NCBI GenBank assembly: GCA_017303675.1
Contig: JAFLBX010000002.1
Coordinates: 1,204,488-1,268,487, forward strand
DNA: 64,000 bases
Source: Ignavibacteria bacterium
GTDB lineage: Bacteria > Bacteroidota > Ignavibacteria > Tepidaquicellales > OLB5
Reading direction: 5' to 3'
This document shows positions 47,307 through 57,742 of the stretch, piece by piece. A program made the translations under genes and the position numbers. How positions within the stretch are numbered: position 1 is the first letter of the stretch; each line of letters begins with the position of its first letter. Below the pieces are notes generated by a model, which saw nothing but the letters and a program-made list of their open reading frames with translations, was not told the DNA's origin and made no database searches.

Positions 47307-48725
47307 TTGATGGATTTTACAGGCTCAAATAAATATCTTGCCAGAATATCACGCATAGCGGTAAAAAACAATATTACCGCTTATGTAGTAGGCGGTTATG
47401 TACGTGATAAGCTGCTTGAGCTTGATAAAACTGATATTGATATAACAGTTATAGGTGATGGTATAGCATTTGCTGAAATTGTCAGCCGCGATCTGAACAA
47501 ACCTCTTTCAGCAATTTACAAAAAGTTCGGAACAGCTCTTCTGGAGCTTGATGATACCAAAATTGAATTTGCATCTGCCCGAAAAGAAAGCTACAAAAGC
47601 ACGTCCCGTAAACCGGTAGTTAAGTTCGCAGATCTTGAAGCTGATCTTTCGCGGCGTGATTTCACTGTAAACGCGCTGGCTGTATCACTAAACAGTGGTA
47701 CCAATGAAGTAATTGATCTTTTTGACGGCCTTACGGATCTGAAGGAAAAAATTCTGCGCACACCGCTTGAGCCTGAAAAAACTTTCAGCGATGACCCGCT
47801 CAGAATGATGCGTGCCTGCAGGTTTGCTTCACAGCTTGGATTTGAAATAGCCGGCGATACTTTCCACGCAATAAAACAGATGCGTGAGCGGATTAGAATT
47901 TCAAAAAACAGTGATAATGTTGTTTCCCAGGAACGCATTACTGATGAATTCCTGAAGATACTGGCATCAAAAAAGCCTTCTGTTGGATTAAAGCTGCTTT
48001 TTAAATCAGGGTTAATGGAAATTATTTTCCCCGAAGTGCATAACCTTGAAGGAATTGACCAGCGCAAGGATTTTCATCATAAAGATGTTTTCTGGCATAC
48101 ACTACAGGTTGTTGATAATATATCTGAAAAGACAGATAATTTATGGCTAAGGTTTGCGGCATTAATGCATGATATAGCAAAACCGCCTACTAAAAAATTC
48201 ATCGAAGGAACTGGGTGGACATTTCACGGGCATGAGGATCTTGGAGCAAGATGGCAGAAAAAAATTTTCACAAAGCTCAAGCTTCCATTTGATAAGCTGC
48301 CCTATGTAGAAAAGCTCGTCAGGCTGCATTTACGGCCAATAGCGCTGGTAAATGAAAAGGTAACTGATTCCGCAATTCGCCGACTAATATTTGATGCCGG
48401 TGATGATATAAATGACCTGTTCACATTGTGCAGGGCTGATATTACCTCCAAGGATCCATCTAAAGTCAAAAAATACCTGGAAAATTTTGATATTGTTGAA
48501 AAGAAAGTAGCTGAAGTAGAAGAGCGTGATAAGATTCGCAACTTCCAGTCACCTGTCCGCGGTGAAGAAATAATGAAGATATGTAATTTAGAGCCTTCAA
48601 GGGCTGTAGGCATGCTTAAAACAGCTATCGAAGAAGCAATTCTTGACGGTATTATTCCTAATGATTACGATGCTGCATTAAAATATTTGTATGAAATAAA
48701 AGATGATATTTTGAAGGATAGATAA
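47307..48725 (+). CDS. CCA-adding enzyme / poly(A) polymerase-family tRNA nucleotidyltransferase with HD domain
   Basis: 472 aa with GGYVRDKLL, DIDI, the RRDFTVNAL motif and a later HD region (HHKDV...HDIAKP). Confidence 0.85.
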   Translation: MMDFTGSNKYLARISRIAVKNNITAYVVGGYVRDKLLELDKTDIDITVIGDGIAFAEIVSRDLNKPLSAIYKKFGTALLELDDTKIEFASARKESYKSTSRKPVVKFADLEADLSRRDFTVNALAVSLNSGTNEVIDLFDGLTDLKEKILRTPLEPEKTFSDDPLRMMRACRFASQLGFEIAGDTFHAIKQMRERIRISKNSDNVVSQERITDEFLKILASKKPSVGLKLLFKSGLMEIIFPEVHNLEGIDQRKDFHHKDVFWHTLQVVDNISEKTDNLWLRFAALMHDIAKPPTKKFIEGTGWTFHGHEDLGARWQKKIFTKLKLPFDKLPYVEKLVRLHLRPIALVNEKVTDSAIRRLIFDAGDDINDLFTLCRADITSKDPSKVKKYLENFDIVEKKVAEVEERDKIRNFQSPVRGEEIMKICNLEPSRAVGMLKTAIEEAILDGIIPNDYDAALKYLYEIKDDILKDR

Positions 48726-48778
48726 TGCGAACTTTGGCTTACAATTGAAAATTTCCACTTCGTTTTGGATGTATATGA

Positions 48779-49705
48779 TCATCCCCTGGGATGAAATTCC
48801 TTATGAACCTGCTTAAGATACGTTATATCAACATGAGTATATATTTGTGTAGTGCTGATATCGGCATGGCCAAGCATTTCCTGAATAGAACGCAGGTCTG
48901 CCCCGCCTTCAAGCAAATGCGTAGCAAATGAGTGTCTTAAAATATGGGGGTGAATCTGCTTTTGTATTTTTGCCATTTTGGTATATTTATTAATTATATC
49001 CCAAATAGCCATCCTTGAAAGCTTTCTGCCGCGCCAGTTAAGAAATAAATATTCTTCAGAATATGGTTTTGCCAGTGTTACCCTGGCTTTTTCAAGATAT
49101 AGCTTTATCCATTCAAGCGCAGATGATGCAACAGGAACAATTCTTTCCTTGGAGCCTTTACCTGTTACACGTATAACTTCATCTGAATACAGAATATTTG
49201 TGGTCTTTACGGTCAATACCTCGCTAACCCTTAAGCCGCAGGCATACATTAGTTCCAGAATTGCTTTATCCCTTAAGCCCAGCACTGAATTTTCATCAGG
49301 CTGCGCCAGCAGCGTTTCGGTTTCTTCAACAGTAAGAACATCCGGCAGCTTTCTTGCCAGGCGGGGTGAATCGAAAAATTTAAGCGGATTTATTTTAATT
49401 TCACATGTTTTGGAATCGATCAAAAAATCATAGAACTGCCTTAAGGCTGAAAGCAGCCTTGCAGTCGATGCAGCTCTTAATTCCTTTTTAAGCTTTGCAA
49501 GGAATTTTTCAATATGTGTATCATTAACATCTTCAAATCCCCTGATATCCAGCCCGTCCAGGAAATCCCGGAATTTTTCGAGATCAAAGTTATATGAGTT
49601 GATCGTATTGGGAGAAAGGGATCTTTCCAGCTCGAGGAAAAGCATAAAGCTTTGAATTTGCCGCTTTTTTAAATCATTATTATTGACCGTTTCATTCTTC
49701 ATCAT
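48779..49705 (-). CDS. xerD: Tyrosine recombinase XerC/XerD family (XerD-like)
   Basis: 308 aa with RLLSALRQFY, GLRVSE and HILRHSFATHLLEGGADLRSIQEMLGHADISTTQIYTHV. Confidence 0.85.
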   Translation of the reverse strand: MMKNETVNNNDLKKRQIQSFMLFLELERSLSPNTINSYNFDLEKFRDFLDGLDIRGFEDVNDTHIEKFLAKLKKELRAASTARLLSALRQFYDFLIDSKTCEIKINPLKFFDSPRLARKLPDVLTVEETETLLAQPDENSVLGLRDKAILELMYACGLRVSEVLTVKTTNILYSDEVIRVTGKGSKERIVPVASSALEWIKLYLEKARVTLAKPYSEEYLFLNWRGRKLSRMAIWDIINKYTKMAKIQKQIHPHILRHSFATHLLEGGADLRSIQEMLGHADISTTQIYTHVDITYLKQVHKEFHPRG

Positions 49706-51917
49706 CAGCGGATTCAGGATATTTTATTCTGTGGTGATGAATTCCGACTATGGTTTTCAGGAAGCTTTGTTTTATTTTGATGAGGTCTTTTAATGTCAGG
49801 TCGCATTCATCAAGCTCTCCGTCAAGAAATCTTGCCCTGATAATTTCACTTATCTGGGTTTCAAGCTTTGCAGGTGTGGGGTCTTCAATGGAGCGTGTTG
49901 CTGCTTCAACAGAATCAGCAAGCATTACAATACCGGTTTCCTTGGTTTGCGGCTTTGGTCCCGGGTAACGGTATATATATTCATGCGTTGTATCAATTTC
50001 ACCTTCTTCTGTCCTGGCTTTTTCATAGAAGTAAGAAACGAGGTTTGTACCGTGATGCATCGGGATAAAATTGATAATTTCCTTTGGCAGCCTGTATCTT
50101 TCAGCAAGCTTTATCCCGTTCTTAACGTGAGCGATGATCATCTTTGCGCTGAGTGATGGATTAAGCTCCTCATGTTTATTGGAATCCATCTGGTTTTCGA
50201 CAAAATAATCGGGATTTACGATTTTACCTATATCATGATAATAACAACCTACCCTTGCAAGGATCTGGTTTGCCCCTATCTCTTTAGCTGCCTGTTCTGA
50301 AAGATTTCCCATAATTATAGAATGGTGAAATGTTCCCGGAGCTTTTGATGAAAGATCACGCAGTAATGGATTATTAAAATCACTTAACTCAAGGAAAACC
50401 AGGTCAGTAGCAACCCTGAATACTTTTTCATAAAATATCAGCAGACCGTAGGCTAATATTGGTGAAAGCATTGCATTCAAACCGGCACCAATAAGCTGGT
50501 TCTTTATCATATTGATATCCTCATATCGCTCAAGTCCAATTGCAGTAATTGCAGCATAATATCCCACCAAAATGTAGATCATGGATACAAATATCTGCGA
50601 GCGTTTTTTAATATCCCTTACCGAATAAACAACAAGTACTGAAGCAGCAAAATTCGGTATTAGGATATCATAATCTCCTCCCCTTACAGCTGATACCAGT
50701 ATACATATTATCATAATGGCATAAACGGCAACACGTGAATCAAAAATTATTGTAAGCAGCATAGCTGCTACAGGTACAAAGATTATGTATTCTATTGGAT
50801 AATTTATCTGGAGCTGCAGGCTTAAATATGAAAGCAGGCATTGCAGTAGCACTATTGTAGAAATCAGGATAAGCTTAAGGTTATCTTCGAATATTGAAAA
50901 ACGCATTTTATACAGGAATATTCCAAGCAGAAAAATCATTAAAGTAACGAACAAAAACCTGCCTACCTGCTGAAGGTAAAAATCACGGGATCCCATTTGT
51001 TCATTACGGATCTTCTTGTATGATTCGAGCTTTAATTTAGCTGCTTCATTGATTGGTTCATGCTTGCTGATGATCCTTTCATTTTCCCTTACTAAACCAA
51101 ATGTTTTCGGAACAGCCTCTGTAACTGATGACAGGATCTTTTGAGTTTCAGCTTCGTTATATACATAATCAGGGTAGATATAAAGCCTGGCTATTTTCTG
51201 TGATATACTTACAAGCTCTGGATTTTTATAGAAACTGGAAAAATCGTTATTTAATATTTTCTCTACTTCAGTAAGATCTCTAACTTCACCAAGGTCAACA
51301 CTTTCTTCTATTTTATTCTTAATAAAAGAAATTTTGCCTGATGTTATTTTTGATTTTGAAAGGTCAATTATCTTTTTATCGTATACCTGGTTAATGGACT
51401 GAATGATCTTTTTTTTGAAAGCATCTGCGGCTTGTGGATTACTTAATGTACTTTTAAGGCTGCTCCATTCCGCTTCAGTCAAAGTAAAGCTTAACTCTGA
51501 TTTTAGCTTGTTCAGTGCCTGTTCACTTGTAGTTCTTTTTTCTTCAGGAAGGCTTTTTTCTTTTTCAAGCTCATTTTCGTATTCGCTGATCCTAAGCAGC
51601 CGAGCAAATTGAATGTTAAGTGAATCTAGCCAGTTATTATCCGCAGCTTTACTTATGTTCACATCAAAGACAGGGTAAACCTTGCTCCTGGCTTCATCAA
51701 CCTCTTTACGGTAAACAGATTCACTTTTATACACAGGAAAGCTGAAAGGAGCAATGAGATCCTCTTTGCTCCAGACCATACCGGTCATATAATCAGTTTC
51801 AATAGTTTCGGTTTTAGGGAACATAGCTGTAATAAGGATCACAGTAATAAAGGCAATAAAGAACTTTACCGTCTTATCGGTTTTAAAATCCGTTTTATTT
51901 TTGCTGAGTTTTGCCAA
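49692..51917 (-). CDS. 7TM-receptor HD/HDIG phosphohydrolase (PgpH/YqfF-like)
   Basis: 741 aa with an extracytoplasmic N-terminal domain, a seven-helix block and an HD domain (HSIIMG, YYHDIGK, HHG). Confidence 0.85.
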   Translation of the reverse strand: MAKLSKNKTDFKTDKTVKFFIAFITVILITAMFPKTETIETDYMTGMVWSKEDLIAPFSFPVYKSESVYRKEVDEARSKVYPVFDVNISKAADNNWLDSLNIQFARLLRISEYENELEKEKSLPEEKRTTSEQALNKLKSELSFTLTEAEWSSLKSTLSNPQAADAFKKKIIQSINQVYDKKIIDLSKSKITSGKISFIKNKIEESVDLGEVRDLTEVEKILNNDFSSFYKNPELVSISQKIARLYIYPDYVYNEAETQKILSSVTEAVPKTFGLVRENERIISKHEPINEAAKLKLESYKKIRNEQMGSRDFYLQQVGRFLFVTLMIFLLGIFLYKMRFSIFEDNLKLILISTIVLLQCLLSYLSLQLQINYPIEYIIFVPVAAMLLTIIFDSRVAVYAIMIICILVSAVRGGDYDILIPNFAASVLVVYSVRDIKKRSQIFVSMIYILVGYYAAITAIGLERYEDINMIKNQLIGAGLNAMLSPILAYGLLIFYEKVFRVATDLVFLELSDFNNPLLRDLSSKAPGTFHHSIIMGNLSEQAAKEIGANQILARVGCYYHDIGKIVNPDYFVENQMDSNKHEELNPSLSAKMIIAHVKNGIKLAERYRLPKEIINFIPMHHGTNLVSYFYEKARTEEGEIDTTHEYIYRYPGPKPQTKETGIVMLADSVEAATRSIEDPTPAKLETQISEIIRARFLDGELDECDLTLKDLIKIKQSFLKTIVGIHHHRIKYPESADDEE

Positions 51918-52039
51918 ATTTATATAGATACTTCCGGACTAAATTAATGATAAAAATATTTTTTATGTGTCCAGATATAAAGGTATAGCAGCAATTTCAG
52001 CCAATTCTGCAAATATCTCCGGAAAAAACAGTTAAGTTA

Positions 52040-52342
52040 TCAGTTAACTTCGTAAAAAGTAAAATACCTGGTTTTTCCGTCTACTACATACTGGCTAAGT
52101 ATCTTAGTGGTAAGACCGTAAATGGTATCATCCATTTCATCTTCCAGACCTTCAAATTCAGCCTCATCTTTAAGTATATAAACTTCTGTAAAACTATTAG
52201 CTTTGTTCTTATCTTCAACAACCATATAATTATGGTCTGTATTTGATCTCATGTAAGCTTCAAGTTCTTTGGCAGCTGCCAGGTATTCATCCCTTTTCTC
52301 GGGATATACATCGTAATTTATTTGAAATAATATTCTGCTCAT
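52040..52342 (-). CDS. Hypothetical small acidic protein
   Basis: 100-aa ORF with no recognised motif. Confidence 0.4.
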   Translation of the reverse strand: MSRILFQINYDVYPEKRDEYLAAAKELEAYMRSNTDHNYMVVEDKNKANSFTEVYILKDEAEFEGLEDEMDDTIYGLTTKILSQYVVDGKTRYFTFYEVN

Positions 52343-52530
52343 AGCAATGCAATATAATTTTATGATTTTTTAATTGAAAGTGCAATTTTTAGGTAATTGT
52401 TTAATTACAATTATTGTTTTTACAGTCAAAAAATATGTATATAATTTTAAGTTTTTTAATGAATTTGAATTTGTTAACTTTACTGATTGTGTTATTCAAT
52501 TAACACTATTTCTAACTAAACTTTAAAGTA

Positions 52531-54441
52531 ATAAGTACTGAGCATACACATAGTAATTCGGGGCAAAATACCCAGTCTAAGAAAAGCTTAAAATATCTTC
52601 TTTATTTATCTTTAGGCGCATTAGGAGTTGTTTATGGTGATATTGGTACAAGTCCTTTATACGCTTTAAAAGAATGTTTCTCACCGCTTCATGGTGTAAA
52701 ACCTGACCATGATAATGTGTTAGGAGTTCTGTCTCTGGTTTTCTGGGCTTTGATCATTGTTATTTGTATTAAATATCTACTGATAGTGATGAGGGCAGAT
52801 AATGAAGGAGAAGGCGGAATTTTAGCTTTAATGGAACTTGTCAGACCCAAGAAACAGGGTCTCGGATTTATGATAATTATCAGCCTGGGTTTGTTCGGAG
52901 CAGCTTTACTTTATGGTGATGGTATCATTACTCCGGCAATTTCGGTTCTTTCAGCAGTAGAAGGTTTACAAATTGCCACGCCCGCCCTTGAACATTATGT
53001 TATCCCTATTACGATCATTATATTATTCCTGCTATTTTATTTTCAAAAAAGAGGAACAGGCAAAGTTGGCTCAGTTTTCGGGCCTATCATGATAATCTGG
53101 TTTTTATCAATTGCATTGTTAGGGGTTGGAGCTATTATTAAAAACCCTGAAGTTCTGCAGGCAGTTAATCCGGTATACGCTTATAAATTTTTTATAGAAA
53201 ATGGCTTTCATGGATTCGTAATTTTAGGTTCGGTTTTCCTTGTTGTAACAGGTGGTGAGGCATTATATGCTGATATGGGACATTTCGGTCCTCGTCCTAT
53301 TAGATTTGCATGGTTTACACTTGTCCTTCCATGTTTATTGATGAATTACTTTGGCCAGGGTGCAATGATGCTTCAAGACCCTAAAGCAGCTTTAAACCCT
53401 TTTTACTTTCTTGCACCTGAATGGGCGTTATATCCAATGGTTGCTATTTCAACAATGGCCACAGTAATCGCTTCGCAAGCGCTGATTTCAGGGGCTTTCT
53501 CAATCACTCAGCAGGCATTGCAATTGGGATTTTTGCCAAGGGTAAGAATAATTCATACATCACAGGAAGAACGAGGCCAGATTTACATTCCTCAGCTTAA
53601 CTGGCTGCTGTTTATTGGTACTATATGGCTTGTTTTGAGCTTTAAAACATCAAGCAACCTCGCTGCTGCATATGGTATTGCCGTTACTTCAACAATGGTT
53701 ATAACAACAGTTTTGGCATTTGTTGCAATGACTAAATTATGGAAATGGTCATTTCCTCTTGCCGTAGTTATTTCTGTATTTTTCATAATAATTGACCTGG
53801 CTTTTTGGGGAGCGAATCTTTTGAAGATCCTCCATGGTGGATGGGTACCTCTTGTAATTGGCATGGGCATTTACCTCGTCATGACTACATGGAACTGGGG
53901 CAGAAAGCTGCTTCTGAAAAAAATTGAAGAGGAAACTCAGCCTATTGAAAACTTTATAAATGAAGTAATGAGCGTTAGGCTGGTCACTACACCGGGAACA
54001 GCTATATATATGTCTAGTAACCCAAAAGGTACTCCCCCGGCTCTGGTTAAGAACATGAAACATAACAGGGTACTTCATAAACAGATAATAGTGCTCAGTA
54101 TTATTTTCAAAAAAATACCGCACATCAGCATTGAAGAAGGAATACAAATTGAAAATCCAACCGAAGGGTTTTACAGGGTTATTGCTTCGTATGGGTTTAT
54201 GGATAATGCAAATATTCAGCAGGTAATTGAAGCGCTTAATTCTAAAGGCATTGAAATTAATATCAATAAAACAACATTTTTCCTGGGAAGGGAATTAATT
54301 GTAGCTAAAGAAAAATATGGATTTACAAGGCTGCGCAAAAAGCTTTTTATTCTTCTTTCCAGAAATTCACAAAGAGTTACTGAATTTTTTAATATTCCTA
54401 ACGACAGGGTTTTTGAGGTCGGTTCACAAATTGAAATTTAG
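52531..54441 (+). CDS. kup: KUP/HAK/KT potassium transporter
   Basis: The conserved N-terminal motif GVVYGDIGTSPLYALKE is encoded in frame upstream of the track start (GTG at 52717). The frame is open from 52516, and no ATG, GTG or TTG occurs before 52717. 52531 is an ATA codon given as a provisional start. Confidence 0.8.
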   Translation: MSTEHTHSNSGQNTQSKKSLKYLLYLSLGALGVVYGDIGTSPLYALKECFSPLHGVKPDHDNVLGVLSLVFWALIIVICIKYLLIVMRADNEGEGGILALMELVRPKKQGLGFMIIISLGLFGAALLYGDGIITPAISVLSAVEGLQIATPALEHYVIPITIIILFLLFYFQKRGTGKVGSVFGPIMIIWFLSIALLGVGAIIKNPEVLQAVNPVYAYKFFIENGFHGFVILGSVFLVVTGGEALYADMGHFGPRPIRFAWFTLVLPCLLMNYFGQGAMMLQDPKAALNPFYFLAPEWALYPMVAISTMATVIASQALISGAFSITQQALQLGFLPRVRIIHTSQEERGQIYIPQLNWLLFIGTIWLVLSFKTSSNLAAAYGIAVTSTMVITTVLAFVAMTKLWKWSFPLAVVISVFFIIIDLAFWGANLLKILHGGWVPLVIGMGIYLVMTTWNWGRKLLLKKIEEETQPIENFINEVMSVRLVTTPGTAIYMSSNPKGTPPALVKNMKHNRVLHKQIIVLSIIFKKIPHISIEEGIQIENPTEGFYRVIASYGFMDNANIQQVIEALNSKGIEININKTTFFLGRELIVAKEKYGFTRLRKKLFILLSRNSQRVTEFFNIPNDRVFEVGSQIEI

Positions 54442-54447
54442 TTGCTG

Positions 54448-54822
54448 TTAATATCCTGCAGCCCTTACCTGGTCTTCATCCATTCCGAAATAATGTGCAA
54501 TTTCATGTATTAATACTTCCCTGATCTTTTCTTTAAGCTCAGCCTCATTGTCACAAAATCTTTCGATATTCTTCTGGAATAAAATGATCCTGTCCGGGGT
54601 AGTATTCATATAGTATGTATTTCTGTGAGTATAAGGTACTCCTGAATAAATTCCCAGCAACGAATATTTATCATCTAATCCAACTCTTCCCAGGTCACTT
54701 TCAGAAGGATATGGTAAAGCCATAAATGCAAGATTCTCTATTTTTTCCTTGAAAGGGCTTGGTATATCATGCAGCGCTTCCTCCATCATTTCACCGAATT
54801 TTTCTTCACTTACTGAATACAT
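54448..54822 (-). CDS. Small zincin-like metallopeptidase family protein
   Basis: 124 aa with HEIAHYFG near the C-terminus. Confidence 0.7.
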   Translation of the reverse strand: MYSVSEEKFGEMMEEALHDIPSPFKEKIENLAFMALPYPSESDLGRVGLDDKYSLLGIYSGVPYTHRNTYYMNTTPDRIILFQKNIERFCDNEAELKEKIREVLIHEIAHYFGMDEDQVRAAGY

Positions 54823-54847
54823 ATTCTAACTTTATATTTTTAAATAT

Positions 54848-55546
54848 TTATTTTATGAAAGGCTGCGTTATATTTACAACTCTGAATTTTTCGCTGTATT
54901 TGTATTTCCCGGTATAGCTTGAAAGATGGGTTCTTACCCATTCACTCATTGAATCATGATCACTGAATTGAGATCTGTGTGCTGCAATCAGTCTTATCTT
55001 GTCATTAATGAACTTAGTGATGTTTTCGTAATAATTAGGCTTATCGCAGCCGAAAAACCTGAACTGTTTTACTGCAAAGGATTGCCCCGGATATAAATAC
55101 CGGTTCCTTGCTGCAAAAACTGCATCAAACACCGCCTCAGCTATAACTCTGTGATCACGATGCAGCAGGTTAACACTTTCAAAAGATCTGTTTGCAGGAT
55201 CAAAGGAAAATATTATTTCAGGTTTCACCTGTTTAATGATCATGGAAAGTTTTTTTCTCAGGTTATCATCATATTTAAGAAAACAATCTTTATAATTCAG
55301 GAAAAAAACCTTTTTAGCCCCCAATATTTTCGCTGCACTTAGCTGTTCTGCATGCCTGATCCTTACTCTTTCAGCCCTCGGCTTATGATCTATTTTAAAT
55401 CCGTTTTCACCATTAGTGGCAACAGCAAAATATATTTCATAACCTTCTTGCTTATACTTGAACATAGTACCGCCGCAGGAAAACTCAATATCATCCGGGT
55501 GAGCAGAAACAGCCAGAATAGTTTTCTTAACTTTTATATCTGTCAA
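54848..55546 (-). CDS. PIG-L/LmbE-family N-acetylglucosaminyl deacetylase
   Basis: 232 aa with AHPDDIEFSCGGT and a later HRDH block. Confidence 0.85.
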   Translation of the reverse strand: MTDIKVKKTILAVSAHPDDIEFSCGGTMFKYKQEGYEIYFAVATNGENGFKIDHKPRAERVRIRHAEQLSAAKILGAKKVFFLNYKDCFLKYDDNLRKKLSMIIKQVKPEIIFSFDPANRSFESVNLLHRDHRVIAEAVFDAVFAARNRYLYPGQSFAVKQFRFFGCDKPNYYENITKFINDKIRLIAAHRSQFSDHDSMSEWVRTHLSSYTGKYKYSEKFRVVNITQPFIK

Positions 55547-56267
55547 GCTTAAATGTTTCTCCTAAATATAATTTTCTTACCATCTCATCACCTGCAAGGG
55601 CATCAGATGAACCCTGCCTGAAGATCTTTCCTTCAATCAGGATATAGCCCCTATCCACTATAGAAAGAGTTTCATGGACATTATGGTCTGTAATTAAAAC
55701 ACCAATACCTTTATTTTTAAGCTTGGCAACAATTTTCATTATTTCTTCTACTGCAATAGGGTCAATACCAGCGAAAGGTTCATCAAGCAAAATGAATTTT
55801 GGGTCGCTTGCTATAGCACGAGCAATTTCAGTGCGTCTGCGCTCTCCGCCTGAGAGAACAAATCCTTTGCTGGAAGCAATATGAGTTATTCCGAACTCCT
55901 TCATCAGCTCATTTGCTTTATCTTCCCTTTCACTTTTATCCATTGCCATGAATTCAAGAACAGAATAAATATTCTGGTAAACGCTCATTTTTCTGAAAAT
56001 AGATGCTTCCTGAGGAAGGTAACCGATGCCGAGCCTTGCTCTTTTATACATAGGTTCGAGTGAAATATCTTCATTATCAAGCAAAATTTCACCTGAATTT
56101 GGCTTGATCATGCCGGTAATCATGTAAAATGTAGTGGTTTTGCCTGCACCATTAGGTCCAAGCAAACCTACTATTTCGCCCTGTTTAACGGAAACACTTA
56201 CGCCATCAACAACAGTTCTTTTACTGTATTGTTTTACCAGGTTAGTAGCTTTTAAAATTGATGGCAT
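55527..56267 (-). CDS. lptB: LPS export ABC transporter ATP-binding protein
   Basis: 246 aa with Walker A GPNGAGKTT, YLPQEASIFRKMSV, signature LSGGERRR and Walker B ILLDEP. Confidence 0.88.
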   Translation of the reverse strand: MPSILKATNLVKQYSKRTVVDGVSVSVKQGEIVGLLGPNGAGKTTTFYMITGMIKPNSGEILLDNEDISLEPMYKRARLGIGYLPQEASIFRKMSVYQNIYSVLEFMAMDKSEREDKANELMKEFGITHIASSKGFVLSGGERRRTEIARAIASDPKFILLDEPFAGIDPIAVEEIMKIVAKLKNKGIGVLITDHNVHETLSIVDRGYILIEGKIFRQGSSDALAGDEMVRKLYLGETFKLDRYKS

Positions 56268-57008
56268 TTAATTCCTTAGTATTTTAATTTTATTTACAAG
56301 TTCAACAAGTATATCACCGCTTCTGCCTTTTAAAGTTTCATTAAGCTCAAATGAAATTGCTGTTGGATTAATATTTATTTCCACAGTATATGCGCCGGCT
56401 CTTTTTGCAATAACCGGCAGCATTGCTGCCGGGTAAACTTCAGCTGAAGTACCTATGGAAAAAAATACATCTGAATTTTCGGCGCATTCATTTGCAAACT
56501 GAAGGGCATTGTAAGGCAGCATTTCACCGAACCAGACTACATCAGGTCTTATCAATCCTCCGCAAGCTTCGCATTTTAATACTTGTTTTTCTTTAATATC
56601 TATTTCACTATAAAAAGTTCGGCATGATATACAAAAATTCCTTTCTATATTACCGTGAAGCTCTGTTACCTTTTTACTTCCTGCCCTGAAATGCAGATTA
56701 TCAATATTTTGAGTTACAAGATTGAAATTGCTGAATAGTGTTTCCATTTCGGCAAGTGCATAATGACCAGGATTAGGTTCAACATCCCTCATTATTTCAC
56801 GGCGATGCTGGTACCAGCTCCAGACAAAATCCGGGTCCCGCATAAATGCTTCAAAATTTGCAAGTTCTTCAGGTTTGAATTTTTCCCAAATACCGCCCGG
56901 ATCTCTGAAGGTCGGGACTCCGCTTTCAGCCGAAACCCCTGCACCGGTTAAAACAGTAACATTTTCCGCTGATTTCAAACGATTCAATAATGTATCGGAA
57001 AATTTCAT
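56268..57008 (-). CDS. cobB: NAD-dependent protein deacylase (Sir2/CobB)
   Basis: 246 aa with GAGVSAESGVPTFR, TQNIDNLH and Zn ribbon CISC...CEACGG. Confidence 0.9.
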   Translation of the reverse strand: MKFSDTLLNRLKSAENVTVLTGAGVSAESGVPTFRDPGGIWEKFKPEELANFEAFMRDPDFVWSWYQHRREIMRDVEPNPGHYALAEMETLFSNFNLVTQNIDNLHFRAGSKKVTELHGNIERNFCISCRTFYSEIDIKEKQVLKCEACGGLIRPDVVWFGEMLPYNALQFANECAENSDVFFSIGTSAEVYPAAMLPVIAKRAGAYTVEININPTAISFELNETLKGRSGDILVELVNKIKILRN

Positions 57009-57730
57009 TATTGTCTTATTCTTCGAATAATTTCTATCATATCCTTAACAGCAGAATCAAGCCCCGAAAATACAGCCCTTGCAATAATTGAATGCCCGAT
57101 ACTAACTTCATCAATTTCCTGAATATTGGCAATAGCAGTTATATTACGGTAGTTTAATCCATGACCGGCATTTACCCCTAAGCCAAGTTCTTTGGCAATA
57201 GAAGCCGTTTGTCTTACTTTCTCTAATTCAGCGATAATATCATCAGGGGAAGTCATTCGCGCATACTTTCCAGTATGTATCTCTATCATATCTGCGCCGA
57301 ACTCTAATGACTGGTCTACACTTTCCGGATTTGGTTCAATGAACAGGCTGGTTTTTATACCTGCATCTTTAAGCTTTTCTATTGCGGGTGTAATCTTAAA
57401 TTCAACTGCATTAAGGTCCAATCCTCCTTCAGTTGTTAATTCCTGCCTTTTTTCAGGGACTAAAGTAACCATATATGGCTTCACTTCGCAGGCTATTTTA
57501 ACCATTTCATCAGTTGCAGCCATTTCAAGATCAAGCTTTGTTTGTACAGTATCCTTCAGGATATAAATATCCCTGTCTATCATATGCCGCCTGTCTTCCC
57601 GCAGGTGGCATACGATACCATCTGCCCCTGCAAGCTCGCAGATTGATGCTGCAAATACAGGATCGGGCTCTTTTTCCAGCCTAGCCTGCCTTAAAGTTGC
57701 TATATGATCAATATTTATACAAAGTCTCAT
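57008..57730 (-). CDS. pdxJ: Pyridoxine 5'-phosphate synthase
   Basis: 240 aa with INIDHIATLRQAR, HLREDRRH and NAGHGLNY. Confidence 0.93.
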   Translation of the reverse strand: MRLCINIDHIATLRQARLEKEPDPVFAASICELAGADGIVCHLREDRRHMIDRDIYILKDTVQTKLDLEMAATDEMVKIACEVKPYMVTLVPEKRQELTTEGGLDLNAVEFKITPAIEKLKDAGIKTSLFIEPNPESVDQSLEFGADMIEIHTGKYARMTSPDDIIAELEKVRQTASIAKELGLGVNAGHGLNYRNITAIANIQEIDEVSIGHSIIARAVFSGLDSAVKDMIEIIRRIRQ

Positions 57731-57742
57731 AATTATTAAATA

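Noticed and set aside
47591-48067. 158-aa minus-strand ORF
   Set aside because: It is antisense to the CCA-adding enzyme gene and has S/R-rich shadow-frame composition.
48779-49705. Tyrosine recombinase as the integrase of a prophage or integrative element
   Set aside because: The sequence is XerD-like across its full length and overlaps the housekeeping PgpH-like gene in an apparent operon. No phage or conjugation genes, att-like repeats or tRNA are nearby.
52343-52530. Possible riboswitch (for example c-di-AMP class) in the kup 5' region
   Set aside because: The spacer is extremely AT-rich, with no GC-rich paired segments or conserved motif that I can recognise. Nothing supports a structured leader.
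52717-54441. GTG at 52717 as the kup start
   Set aside because: It would remove the in-frame, clearly conserved GVVYGDIGTSPLY segment encoded upstream (see the kup finding).
56268-57008. Sir2-domain protein as a possible anti-phage defence effector
   Set aside because: It has the canonical short CobB architecture (Rossmann plus Zn ribbon, 246 aa) and sits in an operon with pdxJ and lptB. There are no partner defence domains.
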